Of a stretch of 35,118 nucleotides of DNA, positions 12,908 through 25,352 are shown piece by piece. Under the pieces are notes generated by a model. It ran no database searches, had not been told where the DNA came from, and saw only the letters and a program-made list of their open reading frames with translations. The first letter of the stretch is position 1. The number at the start of each line of letters is the position of its first letter. Source of the stretch: Octopus bimaculoides (taxonomy: Eukaryota). The position numbers and the translations under genes are program-made. The stretch is taken from the NCBI RefSeq assembly GCF_001194135.2, contig NC_068983.1, forward strand, positions 26,792,533 through 26,827,650, in the 5' to 3' direction.

Positions 12908-13472
12908 ATCAATTGAAGAGCTGCATCAAAAGTATATGGGGGTTATTCCTGAGGCTTTCACTGCACAAAATCCTCTAAAGAAAATTAGGTAAGTGTTTCA
13001 AGAAAAAGGAAGTCAGTATTACATCCGTTCTTCTCTGAGAATATAGCAGTGTTTTCACCAATTTGCAAATCAAAATGAATAAGCAATTTCTTTGATTGAA
13101 TTGATGACAAATGGAAAGTCGATGCAAATAATAAATATAGACTAGCCATCGCTAAATGAAAATCCAGATCCCACGCCAAACAAAATCTTCATAAGAATAA
13201 GTTTTTGTTATACGTTTGATGGAATGCAATGGGTATTTTTGTATTCGAATTATTGGAACAAGTGCAAGAAACCACTGCAAAAATTTATTGTTAACAATAA
13301 TGTTCTATGCTGAAATAAGATGTCATTGTGTTAATCAAGTATTGTTAAAAAAGAAAGACACTAACGTAAATCAACACAAAAGAGTTAAACTAAAACTTAA
13401 TAACGTCAGTCCATTTTCAGAGTAAAGACAAATTAATTAAACTGAAAAGCCCTACTGCACAGTTCTTCATTA

Positions 13473-13577
13473 GATTTTCGTGTATTCGGGTCACCTGAAG
13501 ACTTTACCAGTGGAAATACATTCAGTGGCATGGACGATGTGGAAACGGCATTCCAATCGATTTTCTCTCCTAAATAA
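13473..13577 (+). mobile_element. Probable mariner transposase remnant (region just after the third catalytic Asp)
   Basis: Translates as DFRVFGSPEDFTSGNTFSGMDDVETAFQSIFSPK*, resembling the mariner pattern DF/YxLFxSLxxFxxGxxFxxxDxVxxAxxxFFxxK. Recognised by eye only. Confidence 0.6.
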
Positions 13578-14296
13578 CTCAGTCTTTAACCTTCGAATAT
13601 GGAACATGGTTTCGAGGTAAGTAATTGTTACTGTTAAACGATTGAAATATTTTGAATGCATAAATATTATAACGATATGAAATAATGATATGATTTATGT
13701 TTATTTTAGTTCATTACATGAACTGCGACATTACTTTTGGTCATTCATAATATACTGAATCTGTAGGATGAGGTGACGTGTAACATAAGAAGGGTAGAAA
13801 ACATACCTTTGATGTTTAGAATATAAGAAGTCTTCGAGGAGAAATTTTCATCTAAGCTATAGAAATATTTCAGATATTTACTGATATTTATTGATATTAC
13901 TGGAAACGGATTGCCAGCAGTTTGAGATAGTGAAAAGTATATATGATATATAAGACGTTGCTCAGGTGAAACAAATGTTAGTCTAATGCTTAAGAGCATC
14001 AAGCGAGAAATCAATGAAGGTGGACACTGGAATATTTGAAATAAAATGTAGGGGAGGGACACAATATTAACATATGGTAAAGAAACCGTATATTTATGAA
14101 AGAAAAATAGAGAAAGAGAAAGAGACTAAGAGGTGGTCACGTGTATGCAAAACAAGAAGTGGTTGTAGAAAGAGTATTAGTTTCTACTGCTGTTTCATTG
14201 CTCTAAGAAATGTACACTTGGTGTTAGAAAAATATACTAGCTACCGTTAATAGTGCATCAAACTGCTACGATACAGAAGAATTAAACGTTATATAA

Positions 14297-14348
14297 TTCG
14301 GACGGGAATAATCAGGTGAAAGTTCGGACGGGAATAATTATGTGAAAG
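14297..14348. repeat. Two tandem copies of a 26-bp unit
   Basis: ttcggacgggaataatcaggtgaaag and ttcggacgggaataattatgtgaaag. Confidence 0.95.
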
Positions 14349-14753
14349 TTGTCTGTCTAGAGATAGAGTTTATGCACACAGACTAACACCTAGATGTGTA
14401 GTTATGAAATTAGTAACAGGTTGAAAAAAGATGGTTATAATTCAACCAAAAAAAGTAAAGCTCGACCGCTAATAATTCGTGTTGTTGGGTAAGAGCAGAT
14501 AATAAAATTGAGGTATTCTTCCATATACGCTTGTAAATGTAGACATTCAATGTTAGGTAATTTCACTAAGCTCTAAGTGGTAAATGACAAGCAAGGCAAA
14601 ATGTAAACTTGAGCTCAAAATTTATCGAAGGATACAGTTTTGATATAGAATAGACTACCTGAGACCCGTTGGATTCCATGTTATTTCGCATGCTTTCAAC
14701 GAAAGTTACCTCGAAATCACGCATAAACAACTCCTTTCTCCAGAAAAGGAACA

Positions 14754-14864
14754 ATTTGGCTGCTATTTCTAGCACGGCCTGCTACCACGTAACGGATATT
14801 TGGGGTCACTTATCGCAAATACCTGTTACGTGGTAGCAAGGCCTGCTAGAAATAGCAGCCAAAT
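14754..14864. repeat. 111-nt inverted repeat: 49-nt arms, 13-nt loop
   Basis: Arms 14754-14802 and 14816-14864 pair with a 21-bp perfect run, a 14-bp perfect run, two single-base bulges, one G.U and one mismatch. Confidence 0.97.
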
Positions 14865-15261
14865 CTTGCACTGGGAAAAATATTTGTCATGGTATTTCTA
14901 CTTGAATATAACTTTAAAAAAAAAAACATTAAAATAGTGCCTGTTCAAAGAAAGCTAAAATATGAATACTTACTGTACAAACAACTTACATCTTTGAAAT
15001 CACATTCAGTTTAAAATATTTCTAAATGATTAGAATATTGTGTACGTCAAAAAGACGATTTTTTTTTTCTTAGAGAACGCGAAGACTGTGTGTTTATATG
15101 TCAAAGATAGTGGACGCGTGCATGTAGTGATTGACATGCCTTGACATTCATTATATGTGTGTATTCTGTATGTCTGTATGTGCGTTGACGTCAAGGCAGT
15201 CATATCGTTTTTGATCAAGTAATAACATAGAAAAATTGTGTTTATTTGTTTTCATTAATAG

Positions 15262-15299
15262 CAGTCCAAATATCAAAAAATTCTACTGCACTGCCGAAG
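15262..15299 (+). other. Candidate short exon
   Basis: Pyrimidine-rich acceptor tttatttgttttcattaatag (NAGNAG alternative at 15265) and consensus donor AAG|GTAAGT. All three frames are open. No independent support. Confidence 0.3.
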
Positions 15300-15406
15300 G
15301 TAAGTACAAAAATAAATACGCAAAGAAAAGATAAAATATACTATTTCTGAGATATTTCGGGTACACACAAACATCTGTAGAGTTTTAGTATTATTAAGAT
15401 AAGCGG

Positions 15407-15616
15407 AAGGCGGAGAGCTGGTAGAAACGTTAGCACGCCGGGCGAAATGCCTAGCGAATTTTGTGTCTTTACATTCTGATTTCAGATTCCACTGCGGTCG
15501 ACCATGCCTTTTATCCCTTCGGGGTCAATAAATTAAGTACTACTTGCGTACTGGGGTCGATATAATCGACTGCCTCCCTCCCCCAAAAATTCGAGCCTTG
15601 TGTAGAAAAGATTATT
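15407..15616 (+). mobile_element. tRNA-derived SINE, near full length
   Basis: AAGGCGGAGAGCTGGTAGAAACGTTAGCACGCCGGGCGAAATG head, degenerate B-box, and body shared with the other copies in the window. Confidence 0.92.
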
Positions 15617-16857
15617 AACATGAGAGGAGGTTATGCAATGAATCGATCCTTAGGATGGCGTTTATTTATCTTACTGTCCATAAATAATCAAATAATAAAA
15701 AAAGAAAAGCCTCATGGATTACAAATGGATGTGTGTGCGTGCGCACCTCGGTATGTGTGTGTGTGTGTGTTACTGTATATCTTTCTCTTTATTGTTGCAT
15801 TCAGTTTTGAATGAATGTAACGAATTATTTTCTGTCGGCATGTGCATATAGATGTGTACGTTTCATAGTTCGCTAGTACTTAATAACATTTAACTTTAAA
15901 AATGTTATCACAAATTTCATTTTCTGGTTGGCCTAGCATCCATATTACAAATATATACTAAATTTCCTGATTAACCAAATGCTAGATTGGAAACAAACAT
16001 TTTCACCAGTATGTCAAGGAACTACTCTCAGGAACAATTAACATGAAATCTGAATTTGTTCTTTGTCATTTTCTTATATTAAATGTTTAATACCTTCTTA
16101 AATTTATTGTCACTTACATTTGTATGACACTACCGTTTATAATTCCAATTTGGCAGTATACGACAGGAAACAAGAATGACAAGTGTAATATGTAGATTGT
16201 ATTCATTAAATTATACACGATCAATACGAAAAAGTGACTTAGAGATTTTTAGCGCTGAGTGTACACGCGATTTCTTTTATAATTTTAATAGATAATTAAG
16301 TTGAATTGGAAATAAGCGATGAATTTAATAGTCACCAATAAGGTAATTTCGGAAGATAGTCATTGAAATGTGGCAAACAGTAAAAATATCATTAAAGATG
16401 TGTGCTTGGCTGTAATTCTAATGAGAGAGTATATCTGTGTAGCGTGAACAGGAGCGAGAGAGATGATATCTCTACAACAGGAAATGTCAATCAAGATCGT
16501 ACATACGAATTCTCTCTCACTTCGATAGAAATTTCAACAGCTTTCTACATTGAAAATTCATCTCACTTCTCACCTCCAGTTAATTCAAATCCGGCCGAGG
16601 TAAGCTTTGATTAAAATCATTTCGGCTTGATTATTTTATGTACGTTTAACAAATAAGGTATATATCAATTAGAAAGGTAAAATCTTCCTTTATTCCCTTT
16701 CACCTCTTGGTATATTTCGCAGTTTCTCTGCTCTATCGCTTAAAGATTCGGTGTATATTATCATAAGGATTGTTGGAATCTACCAAAGTTATAGAAAGAA
16801 ATCCGAGATTCGGCTAATGCCGAGACGACCTCATATATATATATATATATATATATA

Positions 16858-16893
16858 NNNNNNNNNNNNNNNNNNNNNNNNNNNNNNNNNNNN
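16858..16893. other. Assembly gap (36 N) inside a (TA)n tract
   Basis: N run. Confidence 1.
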
Positions 16894-18013
16894 ATTATAT
16901 AATTTATCGGATGAGTTCGTCCTTTAATTCGAATATCTTCCAAAGATTTCTAATTTCTTTTCTTCATATTTTACTTTCGAAGTTTTTATAAATTCGTTTA
17001 GGTATGATAGCTTCTACTGGAATAAGCAGAATATGATTTAACTTGTTAAACAAAGTTCAACAAATTAATTCATATTTATGTAATGATGGAGACTGGGTGT
17101 TAAAATAGATTATAGTTCTTGTCTTTCATATTGCTATGCAATTGTTTCATACAAATCGACTCAGATATTCATAAATAGAAAATCGAATCAGTCATACTTA
17201 TAATCCTCACTAGGTAAAAAAAAACAAAGAAAAAAAACCTTTAAAGTGCATAGGTTTTCTTCTCAGTTATCATTTTTGGGATTTGTATATTCGTTCTTCC
17301 AGTCACGTTTATTTGAATCTAGATTAGAATATATTTATAAATGGGTGCAAAATCCAGTACGTGTCTCTATTTAAGCCTACTGAGAAAGATTTTTTTTACT
17401 AGTCAAGCTGTATTTATATGTAGGTTGTGAGATATATATTTTTCAAAATTCATAATTAATATTTACTTAACCGTCAATTTTCCTTTCGATTTAAGATTTT
17501 CAGTAAATTGGTGGTTAGTACTAGTATTTGGAAACAATTTCTAGATTACAGAATTGCTAATTTTAGTATTTATTTTAAATAATAGGTCGAATATTCATAG
17601 ACAAAAATAGGTGTTATATGTAGTAATTAATTATTGAGCCACAGATTAATATATTTTTAAGAAGATTTAGAAATAAATAGTATACGAGTAAAGAAGTCTG
17701 AAAAGGGAATTACGTATGTGATAATCTTATATATAATCGGATGTAGAAACATTTAGTATATAAAGAAGTTATTTTATTCATTAATATATGTCGAAATAGT
17801 AGTTTTTATTATTATAGTTGTGTATATTTTCACAGAGAGGGAAGCAAACCAAATATAAGCTGGTGTAATTTATAGTAATGTAGGAGAGACAAGTAATATA
17901 CGCTAATTACACAGACGTACAAAAATTAAAATATACAAGCGTATAGAAATATGATATAGAAATATGTGCAGGCATATTCATGTGTATACATATCAAAACA
18001 CACATGAATACAG

Positions 18014-18067
18014 ATATATATATATACAAGTGTGTGCGTGTGAGTGTGTGTATATATATATATATAT

Positions 18068-18098
<31 letters not shown>
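18014..18098. repeat. Compound (TA)n/(TG)n/(GA)n microsatellite
   Basis: Read directly. Confidence 0.95.
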
Positions 18099-18179
18099 CT
18101 TGGTGTTGCTCGGGATACAACACCATATTTTTTATGTTTTATTTGTCACGGTTATGTAACTGGGGCGATTTTGGGTGCC

Positions 18180-18285
18180 GTATATATTCTTGGTAATCCT
18201 AGTAATAATTCTAGATGTGCGTTTTGCCAAACAGCTAAATTAAGGGAACGTAAACACATCGGTTGTCCAGACGATGAGGGGAGTA
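18180..18285 (-). mobile_element. Probable decayed fragment of a second common SINE-like repeat
   Basis: Minus strand ggacaaccgatgtgtttacgttcccttaatttagctgtttggcaaaa...tactaggattaccaagaat resembles an octopus interspersed repeat I recall. There is no second copy in the window to confirm it. Confidence 0.45.
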
Positions 18286-19111
18286 CGAACGCAGGCACAC
18301 ACACATACACACATGAATATGAATTTACATAGGAATTAACTTTCTTTATTTTTTTTGAGGTGCGTTATTTTCTTTGAAAGTCCTGTACTTTTCATTTTGC
18401 ATATGTGTGTGTGTTTGTGTTTGTGTGTGTGTGTGTGTTTGTATGTGTGTGTAGGAAAAATATATATAAGCCCAGGGCTGATAAACTGGTAAGCATTTTG
18501 CTACCCTATCACATGGTTCCATGATCATTCCAACAGCTTTACATTTCGGGCAGGTAGCGTTTAATATAGCCTTGGGCGGACCAATGATTTCTGAGGAGAT
18601 TTTGTACACAGACTGAAAGAAGCCATTTTTACACACACACATTCATACACACACACACAAATGTATATCAACACTATGACTTTATGACTTTATAAAGGGT
18701 TTATTTCAGAATGTATGACAAGGTGTTTTATTGCTTTCCATCAAAAACATGTTTCAGTTAACCATCTTAATTACAAAGCTGTTGATGAGTCAATTACTTT
18801 CTTTCAGTCGAGAAATCGGTAACATTCATCATGGATTGCATTAAGTTGAAGTGACAAGAGGTATATTTATAATGCAAACATAAGGGTTCCTGTCAACGCT
18901 CGTGTTAATGATCATACATTCAAACGCATATCATATACGTATATAAGCATGGAGGTATATATCTATATTTGTATTTTTACGCATATGTGTACGTATATAT
19001 ATATATATATATGTATGTTTATATAGATGTATGTATGTACATATGTACACATTGATATACATACTGTTTTATTTGCAAATATATTATAATCATTTTTATT
19101 TCATTTATAAG

Positions 19112-19225
19112 GTGCTGGATTCGGCCAAATTTCAATTGTTGCTTATGATGAATATACCTGTTACTCAAGCTTCAAATTTAAGCTAATAACGAAATTGTAT
19201 TCCTTCTCAACGAATTACGGAACGG
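19112..19225 (+). other. Candidate 114-nt phase 1-1 exon, (G)AGFGQISIVAYDEYTCYSSFKFKLITKLYSFSTNYGT
   Basis: Strong acceptor catttttatttcatttataag, one open frame, moderate donor CGG|GTGATT. No homology confirmation. Confidence 0.3.
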
Positions 19226-21638
19226 GTGATTTTTCATTCATTTGCACTGATGTTTATTGGTAGTTGAACATACACGCATAAAAACACATTTCCAAAAAAT
19301 ACACATACATATGTAGATTGTAAGTTGATGTTATGTAATATATATATATATACATACATACACACGCAGTTATGTAATATATATATATATATATACATAC
19401 ATACATACACATGCACATAAATTATCGACCACACATAATCCCTCAGCACTCTTGCTTGTTATATATATTCCATCGCTAATAATTAACAGTGGTTCTAGCT
19501 ACTTTAGGATGTGATCAGAGAATTATCATGTAAATTACGATATTTCAAATTAAGAAACTTGAACCTTCCTGTATTAATCTTATTGCGACTGTTCAAAATG
19601 ACATTTTACATTTAGTTACATCACAGTGATACATTGCATCTAACATTTTATGTGTTATGCGAATGAATATTTTTGGTTTTTACTATGTTTCCTTTTATTA
19701 TATTTAACTGTATCTAAAGTACTGAAGCGACAGTATTTAAGTTTTGCATACGTAGGCTTGACTCCAACTCGTCATGAAATGTCTGACATGTGATGGATTT
19801 TTAATAAATTGTATGGATTGTTTATTTTGATGGCTGTAATATGATAAACAACTTACAAAATAAAACAATAAATATCATGTGATATTAAAACTGTTCTAAA
19901 CTAAATTTTCGTATAAGCTTCAAAATGGTCGATAATGTATTTGAAATACTATGACATGGTAATATAATCTGGCTTAGTGAGACTGGAGGAAATGATGGAG
20001 TTTTCTGTATGGAGAAAAGCATGTGAAGTTGCAGCAAATATTAAATCTTAAAATAAAATATCAAAACAGGCGACAATTTTACATCATTACGAGTCGATGA
20101 TTATAATACCTCATGATATTTATTCAGATAATTGGTTCCTAATTCGGAATCCTCTGAATGTCAGTTTTATATTTCATTAATTCAAATCGCTAAATTAGCT
20201 CCAATCCCGGTTGGTAGAAAGGGGATTTTTTTCTGAAAGGTGGAGAAGACGATTTTCAACATGTATTCTGCATTTTGTGTTCAGGCAGCAACACGTTCGA
20301 CTACAATGGCATCGGCACATATCAAAGGAATTTTCCCACAAGACTTGCTTTGTTACATTTAGAATAGATTTGCATGAACAACTGTCAGTTATGCTGAAAA
20401 AATCACACCCAATATTCATACATATTGCTGATGAATGAAAACGGTTCGTCAACGGAGGTTCACAATATAAAATGAGATGATATAACAAGAAATATGATGA
20501 TATAAAAATGTAAATTAAAAATGAAATGATATAGTTAAAGGCGTTAGGCAGAATATCATAGTAAATGCAATTGTGGTCGTAAGATGTTCTGATTATATGT
20601 TGATTACTTGGTTCTGAGCAAATTTTGCAGTTCATATACGATATATAAGCTTTAGGGCGTTATATACAAAATATATATATTTTTTTACAACTGACACATT
20701 GGCGAAAAGGATTAGATTCGATTTCTCGCTAGATGTATTACTTCGTATTGTTGCTCTACCTATGTTTTTACTCTGTCAGTTGTATTTTATGTTAGTATGA
20801 TATATTCTAACATATGTTAGTATAATATATACATAAAAGCTGCCGATAGCTGGAATTATAATAGTTTCCAATAATACTCATATACGACCGGATCATGATA
20901 TTACTCAGGTATACGATATAATTCAGGCGCGGTTAGGACTTTTATGATCAGAAGAATCTCGTAAGGAGATAAGTTCATAAAAAAAAACTTCATCACTTTA
21001 CATATATTTCAATAATAAAATATCAAGGTATATTCCATGCAATGTAAAATTATATCAGGATTTTCAAGGAAACAACTGGATATGCAACCACATTAGAATT
21101 TCGGATTGCCAGCGATGAACGAACACAAGGTATCATCTGAAGAGTATGGTCATTGAATTCAATGGCGTTGATTTTATTTTCGGTAGAGTACCACATTATA
21201 AAGTGATATCATTACGAACTACAAAGGCAGTACTATCAAAGCAATAAAAGGGACACACAAGTCCATTCACACTTTAGAAAATAACAGTTTCAAATAAAAT
21301 AAAGATGTTTATCTTTCATGTAACACTGTATTGTCATTTAAAAGGCTTGAATTACATGAGTTACTTACACAGTTTTAAAGCATTATCCATCTCAAGCATG
21401 TATCCTATAAGGGTGTGCATTTATTAAACATTGAACAGGATAACAATTTAGTGGAAAACAGCAACATTTCTTACATGAAAATGAACCTGTTAAGAGAAAT
21501 CAAGTAATGTTTTATTAAACTGTATATGTCTTCATTAAGGCTTTTTGAGAGATCTAAAGCAAATTGTTATTTAAACATATGACTCCAAACAATATATATG
21601 TGTGTGTATGTATGTATAATTAAGTGTATATATAGATA

Positions 21639-22432
21639 TATATAAAGAAATTACTTTTCGTAATAAAATAAAAAGCAAAGGCTGTGTAGATTTTAGAATA
21701 CTTATTAATAGAAGGTCTTACAACTGTTTCCAGGATATTTATTATGTCCCTTCATCAGAGATGGTGTGAGAAGATGGTTGAGCAATAGTTAATTTTGATG
21801 ATACGAAATAGAGTGAAGTATAGGAACGAAAATAGATGTGAGATATGCAGGGATATTGTATTTGTAGATCCATTATTCAGGCAGAATGGTATCCACATAA
21901 GATTCCAATACATTGTGAGTAAAATCCAATAGTCTTTAAAATTGGTCATTCCAAGTATAGAGTTTATACACAGTGTTATTGAATCAAGGGTTTTATTTAA
22001 AGTGACCTAAAAGTAGGGAATGTATTACCAAAGTCAAATCGAAAACAGGAAGAGAGGAATAAAGAAAGAGAAAAAGAAACCCTTGAGTCAATAGCACTAT
22101 GTATAAACACTATACTTGGAATGACCAATTTTAAAGGCTATTGGATTTTACTCATAAGTTATTGGAATCTTATATGTATACCATTCTACCTAGATAATAG
22201 ATCTACAAACACAATATCTCTGCATATCTCACATCTATTTTCATTCCTCTTCTTCACTGTATTTTGTATCTTATCAAAATTAACTATTGCTTAACCATCT
22301 TCTCACACCGTCTCCGATGAAGGTATATAATAAATATCCTGGAAACAGCTGTAAGACCTATTTATACATGTTCTAAAATCTACACAGCCTTTGTTTTTTT
22401 TATCTCATCACGAAAAGTAATTTATTTATATA
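21639..22432. repeat. Long inverted repeat / foldback: arms 21639-21993 and 22077-22432, 83-bp spacer
   Basis: Manual reverse-complement alignment of the roughly 355-bp arms gives about 85-90% identity. Both outer ends lie in TA-rich sequence. Confidence 0.95.
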
Positions 22433-22577
22433 CACACGCTGATATATGATCTCCGTTGGACTCCTTATTCGCATAATCAACGAACCTGGAGCTTGACTAT
22501 GGCCTATCCATAGAAATTACTCAGCATTACCTGACACATTTGGGTATCATTGACACAACTACCGCTCATAACCCCAC

Positions 22578-22692
<115 letters not shown>

Positions 22693-22984
22693 AAGAGAGA
22701 AATAGGGGTGAGAGATAAATACATAGACAGACAGACAGACAGACTGACACATATTCCAGGATCTACTAATTTTATCTGTATATTTTGTTTGCATGGACAG
22801 TTTTACACATATTACTTATGTATGCATAAAATGTTAGGGTTACAATGTCCGAAATATTGTTTAATATTAATATTTGTTGTATGAATGGATAAATATTTCC
22901 AAGAACTTTAATATACATTTTGTGATTTTCATTTTCTGTCATGAAGTTTTTCATAAAGTATATTAAAGAAATAGAAATCTCTTC

Positions 22985-23107
22985 ATCATCCTTGTTTGCG
23001 ATGACATTTGCTTGAAAGAAATATAATTTCTTTTGTCACAGAATTATTGGAAATTCTTCAATGTGAACTTCCATAGGGAAAAGCAAGCATTTCATGAATA
23101 TTACTTA
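22985..23107 (+). repeat. Copy A of a diverged 123-nt module present three times
   Basis: Gapless alignment to 28978-29100, 83/123 identical by hand count. Confidence 0.8.
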
Positions 23108-23734
23108 ATAAAAAAGAGTTAGATACGTGTGGATAGCAACTATTTTTTTTATTATTCGTTAGAAATTACCTCATTCAACAGATTTCCGACAAAGCAGATA
23201 TAATGAAAAATCCAATTTCTATGTTATGAAATGTCGTAAGATGTTCATAATTTGCAATGATTTACTTTGTAAGAATGACAGGAGGCAAAGACATGTTGCA
23301 AATATTAATTGCTGTTGTTATCATTGAGCCACAAGTTCACTTAATCTGTCATCGCGTTTAAAGCCACCATCTGTACCTTCGATACTTTAGTGGAATTCTC
23401 TCAGTGCCTGCAAATTAGAAAAGATTTCCGTATAAAGAGACCTTCCTCCTCCCCTCTGCTTAATCTCGTAAAACTTACAAATGATCATGGGGGTGCTTTT
23501 TACTATTTACTCGCTTATCAAATACTTAAAATGTGATTAATTGTTACTGTGCTTAATCTCATATCAGTATCCCAGCAACACGTTGTATAAAAGTAACAAT
23601 TTCTATAGATAGATCTGATAGAGTTTTACTTACAATTTCTGACACGTTAGGAGATACTTATAAACTTAACCCATGCTATCAAATGTTGGTTTCTAATTCT
23701 GGCGCATAAATACCTGTGCTAATCTGGGATTTAT

Positions 23735-23813
23735 TTTATCGAACCCGAAAGGATGAAATTAGAAGTCAACCTCGGTAGAATTCGAACTCAGAACGTTGAG
23801 ATTGACGAAATGC
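23735..23813 (-). mobile_element. Partial tRNA-derived SINE
   Basis: ttatcgaacccgaaaggatgaa...gtcaacctcggtagaattcgaactcagaacg matches the 9725-9938 copy. Confidence 0.85.
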
Positions 23814-24679
23814 AATCAAATATTCATGCTATCGAATATTAACGATAGAAGGTGATTTTCGTATTAAATATCCCTAGCTGTCACATGCTAGCGAGTGTGA
23901 CATGATACCTTCTTGCAAGCACTCACCACTTGATTTAGAAGATCACGAAGGAATATAAATACACTCACAGCTTTACCAAAAGCTGATCCGAAATAAAAAA
24001 TGAAAACTGAAATGTTGCAGCTGGAGGAAGAAATGGCTTCCACAGCAAGAGAATGATACTTATTTTCAACTGAGTAGACAGGAGCAACGTGAGAGGCTTC
24101 ACTTGGAAGAATGACAGAATGCGTTCCTTCTTCCAGGAATTGAACTAATGGTCTTAGAAACCCAAAATCCTAATCCCTACTTCACGCTAACAAGTAGATA
24201 CTATCATATATTTCAAAATTATATTTCATATAATTTATATAGTTCTTTTCAATTTAATTCACTAAAGATGTTATTTCGTTTTCATATTTAAGTTCACCTC
24301 ATTCACACTATTGATATAGGTGAGCAATGACATTTAACAGAAACGGTCAATGCCAAGGAGATTATTGACAGGCTGAGCCATGAAGTAATAAAAGTATGTC
24401 CAAAGAAAGAAATAACCTTCTTATGCTCAAGTTGCAGCGTTTAATATTTTAGGCAGTGAACGTTGACGTAGAATGAAAAATAAAATTGCTACAAGTAGTT
24501 TCGTTGAAAAGGGGTGACAGCGTATATAATAAACTGTGAATAATTAAATGCAAAAATAAGGTTTGTATAGGACCAAAGGTCAAGGCTATATAAACATTTT
24601 ATCAAATGCTTCTATACTGAAAACAAGTGAAGTTGAGAGATTGCGATCAAGAGAAAAACAACTTTCTATAAAAGTATTA

Positions 24680-24888
24680 CAGTAATCCTTCGACTATCGC
24701 GTGTGTTATGTTCCAGAAGCCCCCGCGATAGATGAAAATCCAGTACTGTACTATAATAGATATTTTTTTTTTTAATAATTTGCATATATCTAATTTATTA
24801 TAAATGCAAAACGACACCACGGCGAAATCGACGTAAACTTAAATAACAAACCGCGATAGGTGAACCGTGATATGGCAAGGGATTACTG
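24680..24888. mobile_element. Tigger/pogo-like MITE, 209 bp
   Basis: Ends cagtaatccttcgactatcgcg and (reverse complement) cagtaatcccttgccatatcacg, TA on both flanks, internal repeated ccgcgatag motifs. Confidence 0.85.
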
Positions 24889-25298
24889 TATATTTAAATG
24901 TATCAATATATCTATCTATTCACCAGAAAGATGCTAAAAATGACTTTAAAAGTTTTACTTGTTCGAATCCAACTTACTTTGATATACTTCGGTTTTTTGG
25001 TAGACTGTTTTTCGAAGATATTGTAAAGATAATTAGGTGACGTTCAGGCAAGCAGGGGGAGTAATTCTGTAGGGTGGTGGAAGAGGAGGATAAAAGACAT
25101 GGAAGTGTTTAAGGTAAGGGTTAATCAGTTAAGGGTGGAATAATGGAGTAAACTGACGTCTCGTATTCCAGTCACTTTATTCGTTGTAAATACGTAAGAT
25201 AGAAACAAAGTAAATCCCAATAGGATGGTGGTGAGCAAGCAGAAATTTCGATGTCAGTGTCAACTTACATCCCACATATACATTAACAAATGAAAGAT

Positions 25299-25299
<1 letters not shown>

Positions 25300-25352
<53 letters not shown>
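25300..25352. repeat. (GAAA)n microsatellite
   Basis: Read directly. Confidence 0.97.

Noticed and set aside
12912-12988. IEELHQKYM resembles the MOGAT/DGAT2 C-terminal motif and precedes a GTAAGT donor
   Set aside because: Following residues do not fit, there is no good acceptor, and the upstream sequence is SINE.
13474-13616. Open 143-nt candidate exon ending GAG|GTAAGT
   Set aside because: A different frame is better explained as a mariner transposase remnant. It cannot be fully excluded as an exonised TE.
14297-14348. 26-bp direct repeats as a CRISPR-like array
   Set aside because: Only two adjacent units, no spacers, eukaryotic context.
16761-16943. LEDIRIKGRTHPIN as a Penelope GIY-YIG C-terminus
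   Set aside because: Too short, and interrupted by (TA)n and a gap.
19915-19965. YLKYYDMVI, and NYWNKC near 13250, as further copies of the 123-nt module
   Set aside because: Similarity does not extend gaplessly to the flanks; compatible with chance.
20195-20635. 146-aa Cys-rich minus ORF and 75-aa plus ORF
   Set aside because: No recognisable domain, low-complexity AT-rich 5' half, no coherent splice structure.
24130-24190. tRNA-like head on the minus strand (GTTCAATTCC B-box)
   Set aside because: No cloverleaf can be formed; at most an old SINE head.
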